This document shows, one piece after another, positions 17,840-28,761 of a DNA stretch of 64,000 bases. Positions within the stretch are counted from its first letter, which is position 1; the number at the start of each line of letters is the position of its first letter. A program made the translations under genes and the position numbers. The DNA lies in NCBI GenBank assembly GCA_048938105.1, contig JBHLMN010000003.1:1-64000 (forward strand). The letters are read 5' to 3'. The notes beneath the pieces were generated by a model. It searched no databases, was not told where the DNA came from, and worked only from the letters and a program-made list of their open reading frames with translations. Source of the DNA: Promethearchaeota archaeon. GTDB taxonomy: Archaea; Asgardarchaeota; Heimdallarchaeia; Hodarchaeales; Hodarchaeaceae.

Positions 17840-19456
17840 ATGAGCTTTCATTCCATAAATATGAAGAGTTTTGATAATATGGAATTCTCATTAGACATTA
17901 TAAATCATCTTGATGGGCTTACAATTGAACAACGTGATTATCAACTTGCTGCAACACAAGAAATAGTAACGAAATTACCACATTCCTCATTACTCAATTA
18001 TCCATATGGTACAGGGAAAACAATAATTGCTCTGTTAGTCTTTTTATCTTTGAAAAAAATGAATCCCAAATCAAAATTTATTTTTACCTCTGCAAGAGAA
18101 GCAGCAGCTTTACGCTGCCGACAAGCATTAGAAATGGCGAAGGACTTCGGTTTTGTTGACAAATTGGGATATCTATTCGACCCTAAAACTAGTAGTATGG
18201 GGCTTAGCTTAGCTCAGAAAGAGAAAATGTATAGCGCATCAGATGTCATTTTTTCTCCAATTACAGCTCTTATGAACGACCGATTTCAAATAAAATCACG
18301 CCGAAATAACGACATTTTCAAATCTATCCAATTGTGTGTCATTGATGAAGCAACAGACCTACTTGCTAGATCAATGACGGGATTCAGATTAAGTAAGTTT
18401 TTTGATGAACTCTTTCAGGTTCGTCCAAAGGTTGGTGGTTTTCCTGTTTTAGGAATGACTGGAACACGAGATCAATATCGAGCCCAAGCGATCATTAAAA
18501 TACTCGGAAAAGGGACACATCTAATGCAACGACCTGACTTAGCTCCTTACGAGACAATTACGCAGTTTCGAGAGATCGAACGGGAAGATTATAAAAATAT
18601 AGACAGATTAATATCGACCCTTTTGACCAAACCGATTACCACAGTTCAAGAACTTCTTGACCCACAATTAAGCCGCTTAGATATCATTAAACTGTCTTAT
18701 GGAGGAGCCCTAGATCGATTAAAAGACACACAGTCTTCTTTTCCCATCCGTATTGGAAAATATAAAGTAAATGATAACGAATCTCGTGAACAACTGGTGA
18801 ATGCTTTCTCACTGCTCTTCAAGCTTACCCATGCAAGACTTCTACTACTTGATTCAACTCCAGGTGAGTTTTTAAAATATATTAAAATTGATGAAAACCG
18901 TGAGGCCTTTCAAAACGTTATCGAAGCGAGTTCATACCTAATTTCACATCGTTCTGAACTACCTCGTTTCGATAAACCAGAAGAAACGACCACACGTGGA
19001 TTGATTAATCCAAAAGTGGACACAGCTATTGAACTAATTCATGAACACCTCATTCGAGGGGCTAAAATCCTTTTGTTTACCCGATATTTAGCACTAGGAG
19101 AACAGACCAATATGCTTCTAACTAAAGCATTAGGATTTCCTGGTGTGAAATATTTATCTGGAAAAACCCCTGAAGACACAAGACGAATAATACTTGAGCA
19201 GTTTCAACGAGAAGATGTTAATGTTCTAATTTTTACTCCTGTTGGTGGCCGCGGTCTTAATCTAGGGGAAGCAGATGTGGTAATTCACCTTGACATAACT
19301 AGCAATTTAGATGACATGATTCAACGACGAGAACGCGCTCGGGGTTGTTTAGAATATGTTTTAGTTTTAAAAGGAACAAGCGAAGAAGCAAAGATCAATG
19401 AATATGCAAAACTCACAAAATCATTAATAAGTGCCTCTCCCAGCTCATCAGAATAA
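17840..19456 (+). CDS. SF2 helicase, Hef/ERCC4-helicase-like
   Basis: RDYQ, PYGTGKT, IDEAT, MTGT, NPK, GRGLNL, motif VI QRRERAR. Confidence 0.82.
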   Translation: MSFHSINMKSFDNMEFSLDIINHLDGLTIEQRDYQLAATQEIVTKLPHSSLLNYPYGTGKTIIALLVFLSLKKMNPKSKFIFTSAREAAALRCRQALEMAKDFGFVDKLGYLFDPKTSSMGLSLAQKEKMYSASDVIFSPITALMNDRFQIKSRRNNDIFKSIQLCVIDEATDLLARSMTGFRLSKFFDELFQVRPKVGGFPVLGMTGTRDQYRAQAIIKILGKGTHLMQRPDLAPYETITQFREIEREDYKNIDRLISTLLTKPITTVQELLDPQLSRLDIIKLSYGGALDRLKDTQSSFPIRIGKYKVNDNESREQLVNAFSLLFKLTHARLLLLDSTPGEFLKYIKIDENREAFQNVIEASSYLISHRSELPRFDKPEETTTRGLINPKVDTAIELIHEHLIRGAKILLFTRYLALGEQTNMLLTKALGFPGVKYLSGKTPEDTRRIILEQFQREDVNVLIFTPVGGRGLNLGEADVVIHLDITSNLDDMIQRRERARGCLEYVLVLKGTSEEAKINEYAKLTKSLISASPSSSE

Positions 19457-20773
19457 ATTAGATCCTTCCCACTCGCCTGATAACATCAAACTTCTTCTTT
19501 TTTCTACAATACTTTCTAATTGCTTCTTTGAAAGGGTAATTATTCCAATTATGAAAAAAACTATCAATATCAATCCATTTGATATTAAACTTCCTCTAAT
19601 TCCTATTGCCGTGTCAGCTATCAGTCCAACGATGCCCATACCTATGACTTGGGAGACAGTGATTGATAAATTGATAAAAGAAAAGATTTTTCCTCGTAAT
19701 CTATCAGGGACGGTTTCTTGGGCTATTGTTTGAAGTGGTATCATAATGAACACCTCTATAGCGCCAAACCCTATCCATGCAAGTCCTACTATCAAAAGAT
19801 ATCCTCTCGGCGCAGAACCAAAAATCATTAAAATAACCCCAGCAAGAATTAAGGTCCATGTTATCAGAGTTATTGGCTTAGCGATTCGTTTTTTCCTTGA
19901 CAAAAGATAAGAGATCAGTATACCCATTAAAGCTGATCCAGCCATCATTATTCCATAAATTATTTCACGAATCCCCTGTTCGATCAGCCCATGTTCAACT
20001 TCTAAATATGGAACTATTAAAATCATTGATGCTCCGCCTGCGAACATTAACATTGAGAAAATTATCAATAAATAAAGAAGGGGAGAAAAACCAGCCACAT
20101 AACGGGCTCCTGCAATTAAATCTTGAATAGGTTCCCTTTCTGATGGATTTGAAGCTTTTAATGACCGATTAATTAGTAAGACACAAAAAGCTGAGAAGAA
20201 AAAAGATATACTATCAATAACAAAAGGGATTTCATAACCTAATGTGCCAATAATTACTCCTGCGGCCATGGGTCCAATTAATGCAGAAACCTGATATGAT
20301 CCTACACTCAATGAATTTGCTGTAAGAAGATCCTTATTATCTTCAATTAAATTTGGAATTGAAGCACCCCGTGCAGGATAGAAAAATCTAGCAAAAGTAG
20401 CGTTACAAAAAGCTATTCCCACTATCCACCAAATCCGAATGTTATCTGGAAGCCCTGCTGAAAGTGGAATTATTAAAATAGCAAAAGCTTGACCAACATC
20501 AGCGAAGACCATCGCGTATTTCCGATCGACTTTATCAACAACAACACCAGCCCAAGGGCCGATCAATATCATAGGAATAGCTTGTGCAATAGATAATAAA
20601 GCCATGGCATAGACTTCACCCGTTAAATCATATATAAGAAATATTAAAGCAATGTAGGAAAATTGAGAGCCAATATTGGACACCAACTGTCCAGTAAGTA
20701 ATTTTCCAAAATTTGGATATTTAAAAGGAAGAAAACCTGATTTGTCACTGATTTGATGTAGCTTATCTATCAC
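19448..20773 (-). CDS. MFS transporter (DHA3-like)
   Basis: 12 TMs; GVVVDKVDRK motif A; QETVPDRLRGKIFS. Confidence 0.9.
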   Translation of the reverse strand: MIDKLHQISDKSGFLPFKYPNFGKLLTGQLVSNIGSQFSYIALIFLIYDLTGEVYAMALLSIAQAIPMILIGPWAGVVVDKVDRKYAMVFADVGQAFAILIIPLSAGLPDNIRIWWIVGIAFCNATFARFFYPARGASIPNLIEDNKDLLTANSLSVGSYQVSALIGPMAAGVIIGTLGYEIPFVIDSISFFFSAFCVLLINRSLKASNPSEREPIQDLIAGARYVAGFSPLLYLLIIFSMLMFAGGASMILIVPYLEVEHGLIEQGIREIIYGIMMAGSALMGILISYLLSRKKRIAKPITLITWTLILAGVILMIFGSAPRGYLLIVGLAWIGFGAIEVFIMIPLQTIAQETVPDRLRGKIFSFINLSITVSQVIGMGIVGLIADTAIGIRGSLISNGLILIVFFIIGIITLSKKQLESIVEKRRSLMLSGEWEGSNLF

Positions 20774-20901
20774 TTAGTTAATCACCTGCGATACCTGAGA
20801 ACCTTAATTATACTGGTTCAAGTTGTAGAGGCAATTGATGTAACAGTTGTTTATAGGTTCTGATAAAAAAGATTAATGACTAGTAAGAGATTTCTTGAGA
20901 A

Positions 20902-21411
20902 TCATTCCAGATAATTCACAAGTTCACTTTCTTGTTTTCGAGAAATCTCTTTGGGTTTCTCTGCAGCATAACCAATTGGAGTTAAAGCTAGAAACTGAAA
21001 ATTAGCAGGCATATTACAGGCTTTTTTCATGGTAGAAGGATTAGTATTCGCTATCCATACTGTAGATAATCCCTCTGCTGTTGCAGCAAGAATTAGATGT
21101 TCAAAGACAATACTCCCATCCAACCATGCAAAATTCTTCCCATCGAATTCCCTCACCCATGCAGCTGTTTCATCTACAAAGATAGCTATTACAATGGGGG
21201 CTTGATGGACTGCTTTCTGTTTGACAAAATCAAGTGTTATTTTAGGATTCTTAATAACAACGAGTTTATATGGTTGTTTATTGGCTGCTGTTGGTGCTAA
21301 CCTTGCTGCTTGCAAGATTCTCTTCAACTGTTTATCTTTTATCGGTTTATCAGGATTATAAGCTCTAATACTTCTTCTAGTTTCAACAACACTAAAAAAT
21401 TCCATTATCAT
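20902..21411 (-). CDS. Nitroreductase family protein
   Basis: RRSIRAY, APTAANKQP, LAATAEGLSTVW, IGY. Confidence 0.92.
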   Translation of the reverse strand: MIMEFFSVVETRRSIRAYNPDKPIKDKQLKRILQAARLAPTAANKQPYKLVVIKNPKITLDFVKQKAVHQAPIVIAIFVDETAAWVREFDGKNFAWLDGSIVFEHLILAATAEGLSTVWIANTNPSTMKKACNMPANFQFLALTPIGYAAEKPKEISRKQESELVNYLE

Positions 21412-21476
21412 CTCCTCAAATCATTTAATTCATATAAGTTAAATAATCAGATTATTCTCAAAACTAAAATCCTTGG

Positions 21477-22898
21477 GTGTTCTTTTTGACTGATGTAATG
21501 ATTAAAAACGCTATAATATTAACAGTTAATTCGAAAAATGAAGTTATTTCCGATGGAGGGTTAATAATTGAGGGAAACAAAATCAGTGATATTGGTACGA
21601 TGAAGCAAATAAAGAAATATTCTACAGATGAGGTGATCGATGCAAAAGGAATGGTAGTAATGCCAGGGCTCATCAATTCTCATACACATCTAGCAATGAC
21701 CTTATTCAGGGGAGTTGCTGACGATGTTCCGGGTATAAACTGGCTTCCTATAATTTGGTCGATTGAAAAGAACATTTCAGCTGATTTTTGTCATGTTGGT
21801 TCTCTTTTGGGAATTTTAGAGATGATAAAGACTGGTACAACCTGTTTTGCAGATCAATATTGGTTCATGGATAAAGTTGCTGAAGCTGTCCAGGAATCTG
21901 GAATGCGTGCAAACCTTTCTCAAGGGATTTTGGAACTGAATGACCCTAGTAAGGGAGAAAAAGAGTTAGTAGAGAGTGTTGCTTTCGCAAAGAAATGGAA
22001 TAAGACTTTAAACGATCGAATCGTATGCAAATTAGGGCCCCACTCTATTTACACCTGTTCTCCAACATTACTTCAGAACACACGAGAAGCAGCTGATAAT
22101 ATTAATGTTGGTCTGCATATACATGTTGCAGAAGCTCCAAACGAACCAAAAATGGCAAAGAAAAGCCATGGTACTACATCTATTGATCATTTGAATAATT
22201 TAGGCATTTTAAAAGGAGATGTATTAGCTGCTCATTGTGTGTTCGTTAATGACCGAGATAGAGACATCATTAAACGAACTAATACTTCTGTTGCCCACTG
22301 TCCTTCAGCAATGATGAAGTATGGTAATGAAGTTGCTCCCATCCCCGAATTAATTGATAAAAATGTTGTGGTAGGAATTGGAACTGATGGTTGTGGAAGT
22401 AATAATAATCTTGACATGATTGAAGAAATGAGAACTGCTGCTTTTCTACATAAAATGAATAAAAAAGATTCAACAATGCTCCCTGCTCAACAAATCATTC
22501 GCATGGCAACGATTCTCGGTGCACAAGGCTTAGGATTAGAAAAAAGCATTGGTTCACTTGAAATTGGCAAGAAAGCTGACATAATTATTATAGATTTTAA
22601 AAAACCTCATCTCACTCCTTTCCATAATTGCCCTTCACATATTGTTTATTCTGCTTTTGGATCAGATGTTAATACAACTATTATTGATGGTACCATAGTA
22701 ATGAAAAATAGACACGTCTTAACCTTAGATGAAATGAAAATCATCGAAATGGCTCAAGAAACTTTCGAAAAACTCCTCGAATTAGGTGGATATACCTCAA
22801 ATTTTGAAAAAAATCCCAAAGCAAGTTTCAAAACAAATTTAACAGTTAAATCATTTCAAACTTACTTGAAGATTTCTCAAAAGCTTAAAAGGGGGTAG
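21477..22898 (+). CDS. mtaD: Amidohydrolase, MTA/SAH deaminase family
   Basis: PGLINSHTH, PHSIYTC, HIHVAE, AAHCV, GTDG..SNNNLD. Confidence 0.8.
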   Translation: MFFLTDVMIKNAIILTVNSKNEVISDGGLIIEGNKISDIGTMKQIKKYSTDEVIDAKGMVVMPGLINSHTHLAMTLFRGVADDVPGINWLPIIWSIEKNISADFCHVGSLLGILEMIKTGTTCFADQYWFMDKVAEAVQESGMRANLSQGILELNDPSKGEKELVESVAFAKKWNKTLNDRIVCKLGPHSIYTCSPTLLQNTREAADNINVGLHIHVAEAPNEPKMAKKSHGTTSIDHLNNLGILKGDVLAAHCVFVNDRDRDIIKRTNTSVAHCPSAMMKYGNEVAPIPELIDKNVVVGIGTDGCGSNNNLDMIEEMRTAAFLHKMNKKDSTMLPAQQIIRMATILGAQGLGLEKSIGSLEIGKKADIIIIDFKKPHLTPFHNCPSHIVYSAFGSDVNTTIIDGTIVMKNRHVLTLDEMKIIEMAQETFEKLLELGGYTSNFEKNPKASFKTNLTVKSFQTYLKISQKLKRG

Positions 22899-22946
22899 TT
22901 CAATAAAGGATTATTTCAATGATCATTCTTTCATGGAGAAAATGCA

Positions 22947-24260
22947 TTGATGAAAACCCAAAGATCTTCATTAACAGAAAAAAAAATGGAAACATCCTCT
23001 GATGAATTATTACAAAAAGTCGAAGACATAATGACCTCGGGAATTGATCCAATCAAGCATTTTAAGTGGATTGATTACCCAAGAAGAGCAGGAACTGAAG
23101 GAGACAGGAAGGTTGCTGATTATATATTCACAACTTTACAAGAATATGGATTTCAACCTAAAACCCATGAATTTCATTTTTTAGAAGTTAGCCCTAGATT
23201 TACTTTAATACCACCTCTATTATTCATATGTTGGGGATTATTAAGTTTGATAAATATCCTATATTTAGAAAATAACTTAATAATCTCTGTTGTTATTCTC
23301 TCGGTTCTAGCTATCGCACTATTAGCCTTATTAAAGCTCAATATTTTTGTGAAATTCTTTTTAGACAGAAAAGCAAAGCAAATGCAAATACTGGAGGAAA
23401 AAATAAAACATCAAAGACTTAATGATAAAGAAGAGAAACAAGTTATGAGAAGTAAAAATATCATTGCAGAGGTAGGGACTGACGAAGCAGAGAAATATAT
23501 TTTATTCACAGCACATATTGACACAATTTCTTCAAAATTTTCAATGAGAATCATGAAAAACTTAGTAATATTGAGTATAATTAGTTTTGGTGCGTATTCA
23601 GGAGCATACTTGTTGAATGTGATCGGTGATTTCTTTTTTCATTGGAATTTTATGAAAGAATTATTCCCTTTATTCTTGATTTTGTTAATTCTCGTTTCTG
23701 CATCACTTGGAATTCTCTTCATGTCCCAAAGCATGAGAAGTAATGAATCTCATGGTATTATTGACGATGGGACTGGGATCGTTATATTATTGGAACTAGC
23801 AAAGTTCTTAAAAGATCAGAATATTCAAAATTATAAATTCATATTCGGGTTTTTCAGTGCAGAAGAGTCTGGACTGATTGGTTCTTCATATTACTATCGT
23901 AAAACTCAATTCGATAAGAATAAATTACATGTGATTTCATTTGATATGATTGGGGAGAAACCACCATTAGCCTATATTAAAGGAGTAAATCCAATAATTA
24001 AGACACCAATGAATCCAATGTTCAACCTAAATATCAATGAGGTAGCAAAAAAGTTGAATATTGAAATAAAAGGATCAAATTTCATTTATCCTGGATCGGA
24101 TTTCGCTCATTGGTTATTTAATGGGTATAAAACAAATTGGTTTATCAATAGTAGTAAGGTTGTTCATTCAAAACAAGATAATTTGAACAATGTAAATGAG
24201 AAATTAGTTAACAATGCTTTAAGGTTAATTATTGGTTATATTATCGAGTATTTATCCTAA
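22947..24260 (+). CDS. Membrane M28 family peptidase
   Basis: AHIDT, DDGTG, AEESGL.GS, DMIG, SDF, VHS.QD, with inserted TM pairs. Confidence 0.85.
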   Translation: MMKTQRSSLTEKKMETSSDELLQKVEDIMTSGIDPIKHFKWIDYPRRAGTEGDRKVADYIFTTLQEYGFQPKTHEFHFLEVSPRFTLIPPLLFICWGLLSLINILYLENNLIISVVILSVLAIALLALLKLNIFVKFFLDRKAKQMQILEEKIKHQRLNDKEEKQVMRSKNIIAEVGTDEAEKYILFTAHIDTISSKFSMRIMKNLVILSIISFGAYSGAYLLNVIGDFFFHWNFMKELFPLFLILLILVSASLGILFMSQSMRSNESHGIIDDGTGIVILLELAKFLKDQNIQNYKFIFGFFSAEESGLIGSSYYYRKTQFDKNKLHVISFDMIGEKPPLAYIKGVNPIIKTPMNPMFNLNINEVAKKLNIEIKGSNFIYPGSDFAHWLFNGYKTNWFINSSKVVHSKQDNLNNVNEKLVNNALRLIIGYIIEYLS

Positions 24261-24494
24261 TTATGATTAAGGACTTGATTTTTCTTGTGTTAAGTAACAG
24301 ATGCAAGAAAAATACATGAAGGTGTTTCTATCGGTCTCCCTTTATTGGTATTGACATTCTGAAATCGTTAATTATAAATAACTAAACTACTGTACATTAC
24401 TACCCTAGTAGGAAGAACAAAGAGTTATTTATGGATCAATTATGCTTAAACCAGTATTGGTGCAAAAAATAACTGAAACATGAGATGAAACAGA

Positions 24495-25319
24495 TTGAAA
24501 AAATGTCAGAACTGTGCAAATGAGTTTCCAAATGATTATCTATTTTGTCCAAAGTGTGGAGTCAAATTCAATAGTAAAGAGTTAATTAGTTTCGAAGATG
24601 AAGATTTTAATCTCATGGTGGCCTGTTACGATCTACATAAATCCTATTTGATGGGAAAAACTGCAGTTAATGCCTTACGAGGTGTGGATCTCAAGGTTAA
24701 TGTTGGAGATTTCATATCAATTATGGGACCATCTGGTTCTGGAAAATCAACTTTGATGCATCTCTTAGGAGGGTTAGATTCACCATCTCGAGGTCATGTA
24801 GTAATCAGAAACTGGGAAAATAATTTAGTTGATATCTCAAACCTCTCAAAAGATGATTTATCAGCTATACGACTCCGTGTAACGGGATTTATATTTCAGC
24901 AATTTTACCTGCTACCAACATTGACAGCAGCAGAAAATATTGCCATACCATTAATTTTCACTGGAGACAAATCTGATTCATTTACAAAAACACGGACTAA
25001 TGAATTATTAGAACTAGTTGGCCTATCAAAGAGGGGTCATCATCTCCCTTCAGAACTAAGTGGGGGTGAGCAACAACGTGTTGCTATAGCTAGAGCTTTA
25101 GCCAATGATCCACCTCTTGTTCTTGCAGATGAACCCACGGGTGATCTAGACTCTCGAACTGGTCATATGATAATACAAATACTTGAAAATCTTAATAATA
25201 TGGGGAAAACAGTGATAATGGTGACTCATGACTCCAGTGTTGCTGAATACGCAAAAACTATAATAAATATGATTGATGGGAAGTTCACTGGAAGTCAAAT
25301 GATTTCTGGTGAGGGATAA
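24495..25319 (+). CDS. ABC ATPase (LolD/MacB type) with N-terminal zinc ribbon
   Basis: CQNC...CPKCG; [26 protein letters not shown]. Confidence 0.92.
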   Translation: MKKCQNCANEFPNDYLFCPKCGVKFNSKELISFEDEDFNLMVACYDLHKSYLMGKTAVNALRGVDLKVNVGDFISIMGPSGSGKSTLMHLLGGLDSPSRGHVVIRNWENNLVDISNLSKDDLSAIRLRVTGFIFQQFYLLPTLTAAENIAIPLIFTGDKSDSFTKTRTNELLELVGLSKRGHHLPSELSGGEQQRVAIARALANDPPLVLADEPTGDLDSRTGHMIIQILENLNNMGKTVIMVTHDSSVAEYAKTIINMIDGKFTGSQMISGEG

Positions 25320-25321
25320 TT

Positions 25322-28129
25322 TTGTTTAACTTCCAGTCTCTTTTTCAACAGTTTTTATGGATGTTAAAATTTATCTATCGTGATGTTAAAAAGCATAAAT
25401 TAAGGACTGCGATTGGAATTGTATCTATTGGTCTTAGTATAGGACTTTTAGTAGCTATGAACGCTACTGTTGATACTTTATCGAATTCATATGTTGATCT
25501 GATTTTAAATACAGCCCAAGATTATGATTTTGAGATAAATCCTTCTGAAGGAATTTTTATTACCAATTATTCACATCTTATCTCAGAAATCAAAGAGCTT
25601 GATGAGATTAATGATATAACACCCCGATACATATCTTCAGCGTATATGAGGATTCGATATGAGTCACTCGACTTGATTGATATTCCTGCTGTTTTGATTG
25701 GTCTAAACATTACTAAAGAAAATGAATTACGAATAGGTAGCTTTGATCCAGAAATAACGAAACCAATTGGTATTAACCAATGTTTATTGGTCGGAAATTT
25801 TGGTAAAAATGTTAAAACTGTGTTAAACGAGAACTTATCTATAAATCACTTCTATATCAATTTCCAGGATGCTATAGGTACTACTCATGAACATAAATTG
25901 GAAATTTCTCAAGTTGTTGAAGACAATCAAAGATTACCAGTAGGGTTCAACATCGTTGTCGTAGATCTCTCATTAATAGAATCATGGCTACAAATTGATG
26001 AAATTTGTACTACTGTTATTGGTAAATTTCAAGACACATCTATTTATTCAGCACTTGATCCTGAAGGGTCAGTGCAAAAGGCACAGCAAATAGCAATCAA
26101 AATACAATCAAAAATCGGGCTTGATTATTCTGTAGGTTTACCAAAGGCTACAGCAATTGAAGCTGCTGACTTTTCTGGAATAAGATTATTACTAAACTTT
26201 ATTGGAATCCTAATCCTTCTATTGTCTACGTTATTAATTTACAGTCTTAATACAATATCAATTGAAGAGAAGAATCGTGAATACGGAATGTTACGGACAT
26301 TGGGGGTCAAGGATTTGAAAATTCTAATAATGCTTTTTTTGCATCAATTATTCAGTGTATTTTGGGGTGTAATTGTGGGATTAGGCCTGGGATATCTTTT
26401 AACTGTTTTTATCTCAAACCTTCTTCTCTCAAGATTTATTGAATATTCGATAACCGTTTCAACTCAAACCATTTTATTTTCTACCTTTATCGGTGCTCTA
26501 GCTGGATTTTTTTCTGCTATAAAACCAAGTACAAGTTTAATCAACCGAAATATTGTATTATCATTAGAGACTGGCCGACATTACATTCAAGAATATTCTA
26601 TTAAAAGGGAGAGACGTGTTTCTAAATCCATGGGTTTGGTCGGATTAGCAGTTGCGAGTGTAGGATCAATATTTTTTGTTGTTTTTCCCCTCCTTACTAT
26701 CCTTGATGATCCAAATTTAACTCAAATATTATTTTTAGGATTACTATTGTCGTTTTTAATCGGATCTGTTCTTCTGGTTGTTGGTGTTGTTTCTCCGCTT
26801 TTTGAAAGGATTCTCGCCAAGATTCTAATGTTACCAAGGAAAACACGCAAGATAGGGATTCTCGCTAAGACTTTTCTTTTAAAAAATCAGAGACGTAACT
26901 CTTTAACAGCTACTATATTTGCTTTAAGTCTAGCATTCATACTATATTTGTCAATGTCTAATAGTCTTCAAAATTATATGATGATTGAGAATCTTAAACA
27001 TTATTATGGTTCAGATATTGTAGTTCAGTCATCTGGAGTAGTTTCAGACTATGTTGATCCCTCTGTAATAACATTTATGAGGAATCATGAAAATGTCTCA
27101 GTAGTTTCTTATACAAGCTCTGGAAACGTCCTTTTATTGATTGGATGCCGAACTTTGTTAGGTGATATGGCTTTATTCAACTCAATATCACCAAGCGGGA
27201 TTTATGCAATACCTGATCAAGATTTTGGGAATAGCTTATATTCATCTCCCTCTATAAATAATAATGCTTGGACAACTCTTGTGGGAAATAATAACACAAT
27301 TGTTGTTTCTCGAGCAATTGCTGAACGATTAAAGGTTAGAATAAATGAATCAGTTCGATTAAAGGTCTATAGTCAAGTTAAAAATAATGATGATCTTTAT
27401 GGTAAAAACTTGAATCTGACTATCGTTGGTATCGCCGATCGTGTTCCTGGTTTCGTTGATGTACATATTACCTCAAAATTTGCTGATTCTTCGGCAGTGT
27501 TTGTTGGGAATGAAACTTGGAATGCTATAATGAGAAATAAGAAGCTGAACATAAGTGAGCAAATTACTGTAGACACACGAATTGATAGAGTTTTTATCAA
27601 AAGCGTTGATAAAAACATTGAAACAATTGAAAGCATTCAACGCGACTTATTTTTAGAATATGGAACAGCTATTCAAACCATTCGTATAGATAGCATTATA
27701 GAAGATCTTATAGCTCAACAAGAGGATAGTAACGAGACATTATCGGTCATTCTTTCATTGAGTCTTATCATCGCCTTCTTTTCAATTTTTAGCAGCACAC
27801 AGACAAGTATTATTGAAGCTTTACATGAGATTGGAATTATCAAAGCTATTGGACTTAAAGAAAAGGAATTAATACTCGTTTTTATTTCCCAAGCGATAAT
27901 TCTAACTTTAATTTCAACCTTTCTTGGTGGTCTGGTAGGATATAGCCTTGCTTATCTTCAATGGCTTCAGAGTGCGATTACAACTGAATTTCCTATAATA
28001 GTTGTTCCACCTGACCCAATTATTCCCACGATTTACTTAATTGCTTTGTTACTAAGTGTTTTTGGAACTTATCTACCTGTAAGATCATTAAGAAACAAAG
28101 AACCCTCAGAAATACTCAGAACATTGTGA
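25322..28129 (+). CDS. FtsX/MacB-like ABC permease (duplicated)
   Basis: Two FtsX units (REYGMLRTLG, HEIGIIKAIG) with large extracellular loops. Confidence 0.9.
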   Translation: MFNFQSLFQQFLWMLKFIYRDVKKHKLRTAIGIVSIGLSIGLLVAMNATVDTLSNSYVDLILNTAQDYDFEINPSEGIFITNYSHLISEIKELDEINDITPRYISSAYMRIRYESLDLIDIPAVLIGLNITKENELRIGSFDPEITKPIGINQCLLVGNFGKNVKTVLNENLSINHFYINFQDAIGTTHEHKLEISQVVEDNQRLPVGFNIVVVDLSLIESWLQIDEICTTVIGKFQDTSIYSALDPEGSVQKAQQIAIKIQSKIGLDYSVGLPKATAIEAADFSGIRLLLNFIGILILLLSTLLIYSLNTISIEEKNREYGMLRTLGVKDLKILIMLFLHQLFSVFWGVIVGLGLGYLLTVFISNLLLSRFIEYSITVSTQTILFSTFIGALAGFFSAIKPSTSLINRNIVLSLETGRHYIQEYSIKRERRVSKSMGLVGLAVASVGSIFFVVFPLLTILDDPNLTQILFLGLLLSFLIGSVLLVVGVVSPLFERILAKILMLPRKTRKIGILAKTFLLKNQRRNSLTATIFALSLAFILYLSMSNSLQNYMMIENLKHYYGSDIVVQSSGVVSDYVDPSVITFMRNHENVSVVSYTSSGNVLLLIGCRTLLGDMALFNSISPSGIYAIPDQDFGNSLYSSPSINNNAWTTLVGNNNTIVVSRAIAERLKVRINESVRLKVYSQVKNNDDLYGKNLNLTIVGIADRVPGFVDVHITSKFADSSAVFVGNETWNAIMRNKKLNISEQITVDTRIDRVFIKSVDKNIETIESIQRDLFLEYGTAIQTIRIDSIIEDLIAQQEDSNETLSVILSLSLIIAFFSIFSSTQTSIIEALHEIGIIKAIGLKEKELILVFISQAIILTLISTFLGGLVGYSLAYLQWLQSAITTEFPIIVVPPDPIIPTIYLIALLLSVFGTYLPVRSLRNKEPSEILRTL

Positions 28130-28220
28130 TATGAGAATTATGTTGTCTTTCATTTCCTCACTATAAATCTAAAAGTTAAATTTAATATTAATTAAGACTT
28201 GATCTAAACTGGTGGAAATT

Positions 28221-28709
28221 ATGGTAAAATTGGAAACTGTAAAAATTGAGATCCCAGAAGGGATTAACATCATTTTAGGACAAACACACTTCATTAAAAC
28301 AGTAGAAGACTTGTATGAGGCTTTATCTGAGGCCTCGGTAGGAATAAAATTTGGTCTTGCCTTTTGTGAGGCGTCAGGCCCTTGTCTTGTTCGACATTCA
28401 GGGAATGAACCCGAGCTTGAGAATTTCGCTTCAGAGATGGCCCTGAAGATAGGAGCAGGACATACTTTCATCATTTATCTGAAAAATGCTTTTCCTGTCA
28501 ATGTACTAAAGCGAGTTCAGGCTGTTTCAGAAACAGTTTCAGTCTTTTGTGCCACAGCAAATCCTGTAGAAGTAATTATTGCAGAATCTGATCAAGGCCG
28601 TGGCATCCTTGGTGTGATTGATGGTTTTCCTCCTAAAGGGATCGAAACAAATGATGACATTGAAGAACGAAAGAAATTTTTGAGAACAATTGGATATAAA
28701 ACACCATAA
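28221..28709 (+). CDS. Adenosine-specific kinase (DUF355) family
   Basis: [42 protein letters not shown]. Confidence 0.9.
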   Translation: MVKLETVKIEIPEGINIILGQTHFIKTVEDLYEALSEASVGIKFGLAFCEASGPCLVRHSGNEPELENFASEMALKIGAGHTFIIYLKNAFPVNVLKRVQAVSETVSVFCATANPVEVIIAESDQGRGILGVIDGFPPKGIETNDDIEERKKFLRTIGYKTP

Positions 28710-28761
28710 CTGAGAGTAGTTCTCGTCCGTAGTCTTTTTGCAGCATTAAGATCGAAATATA

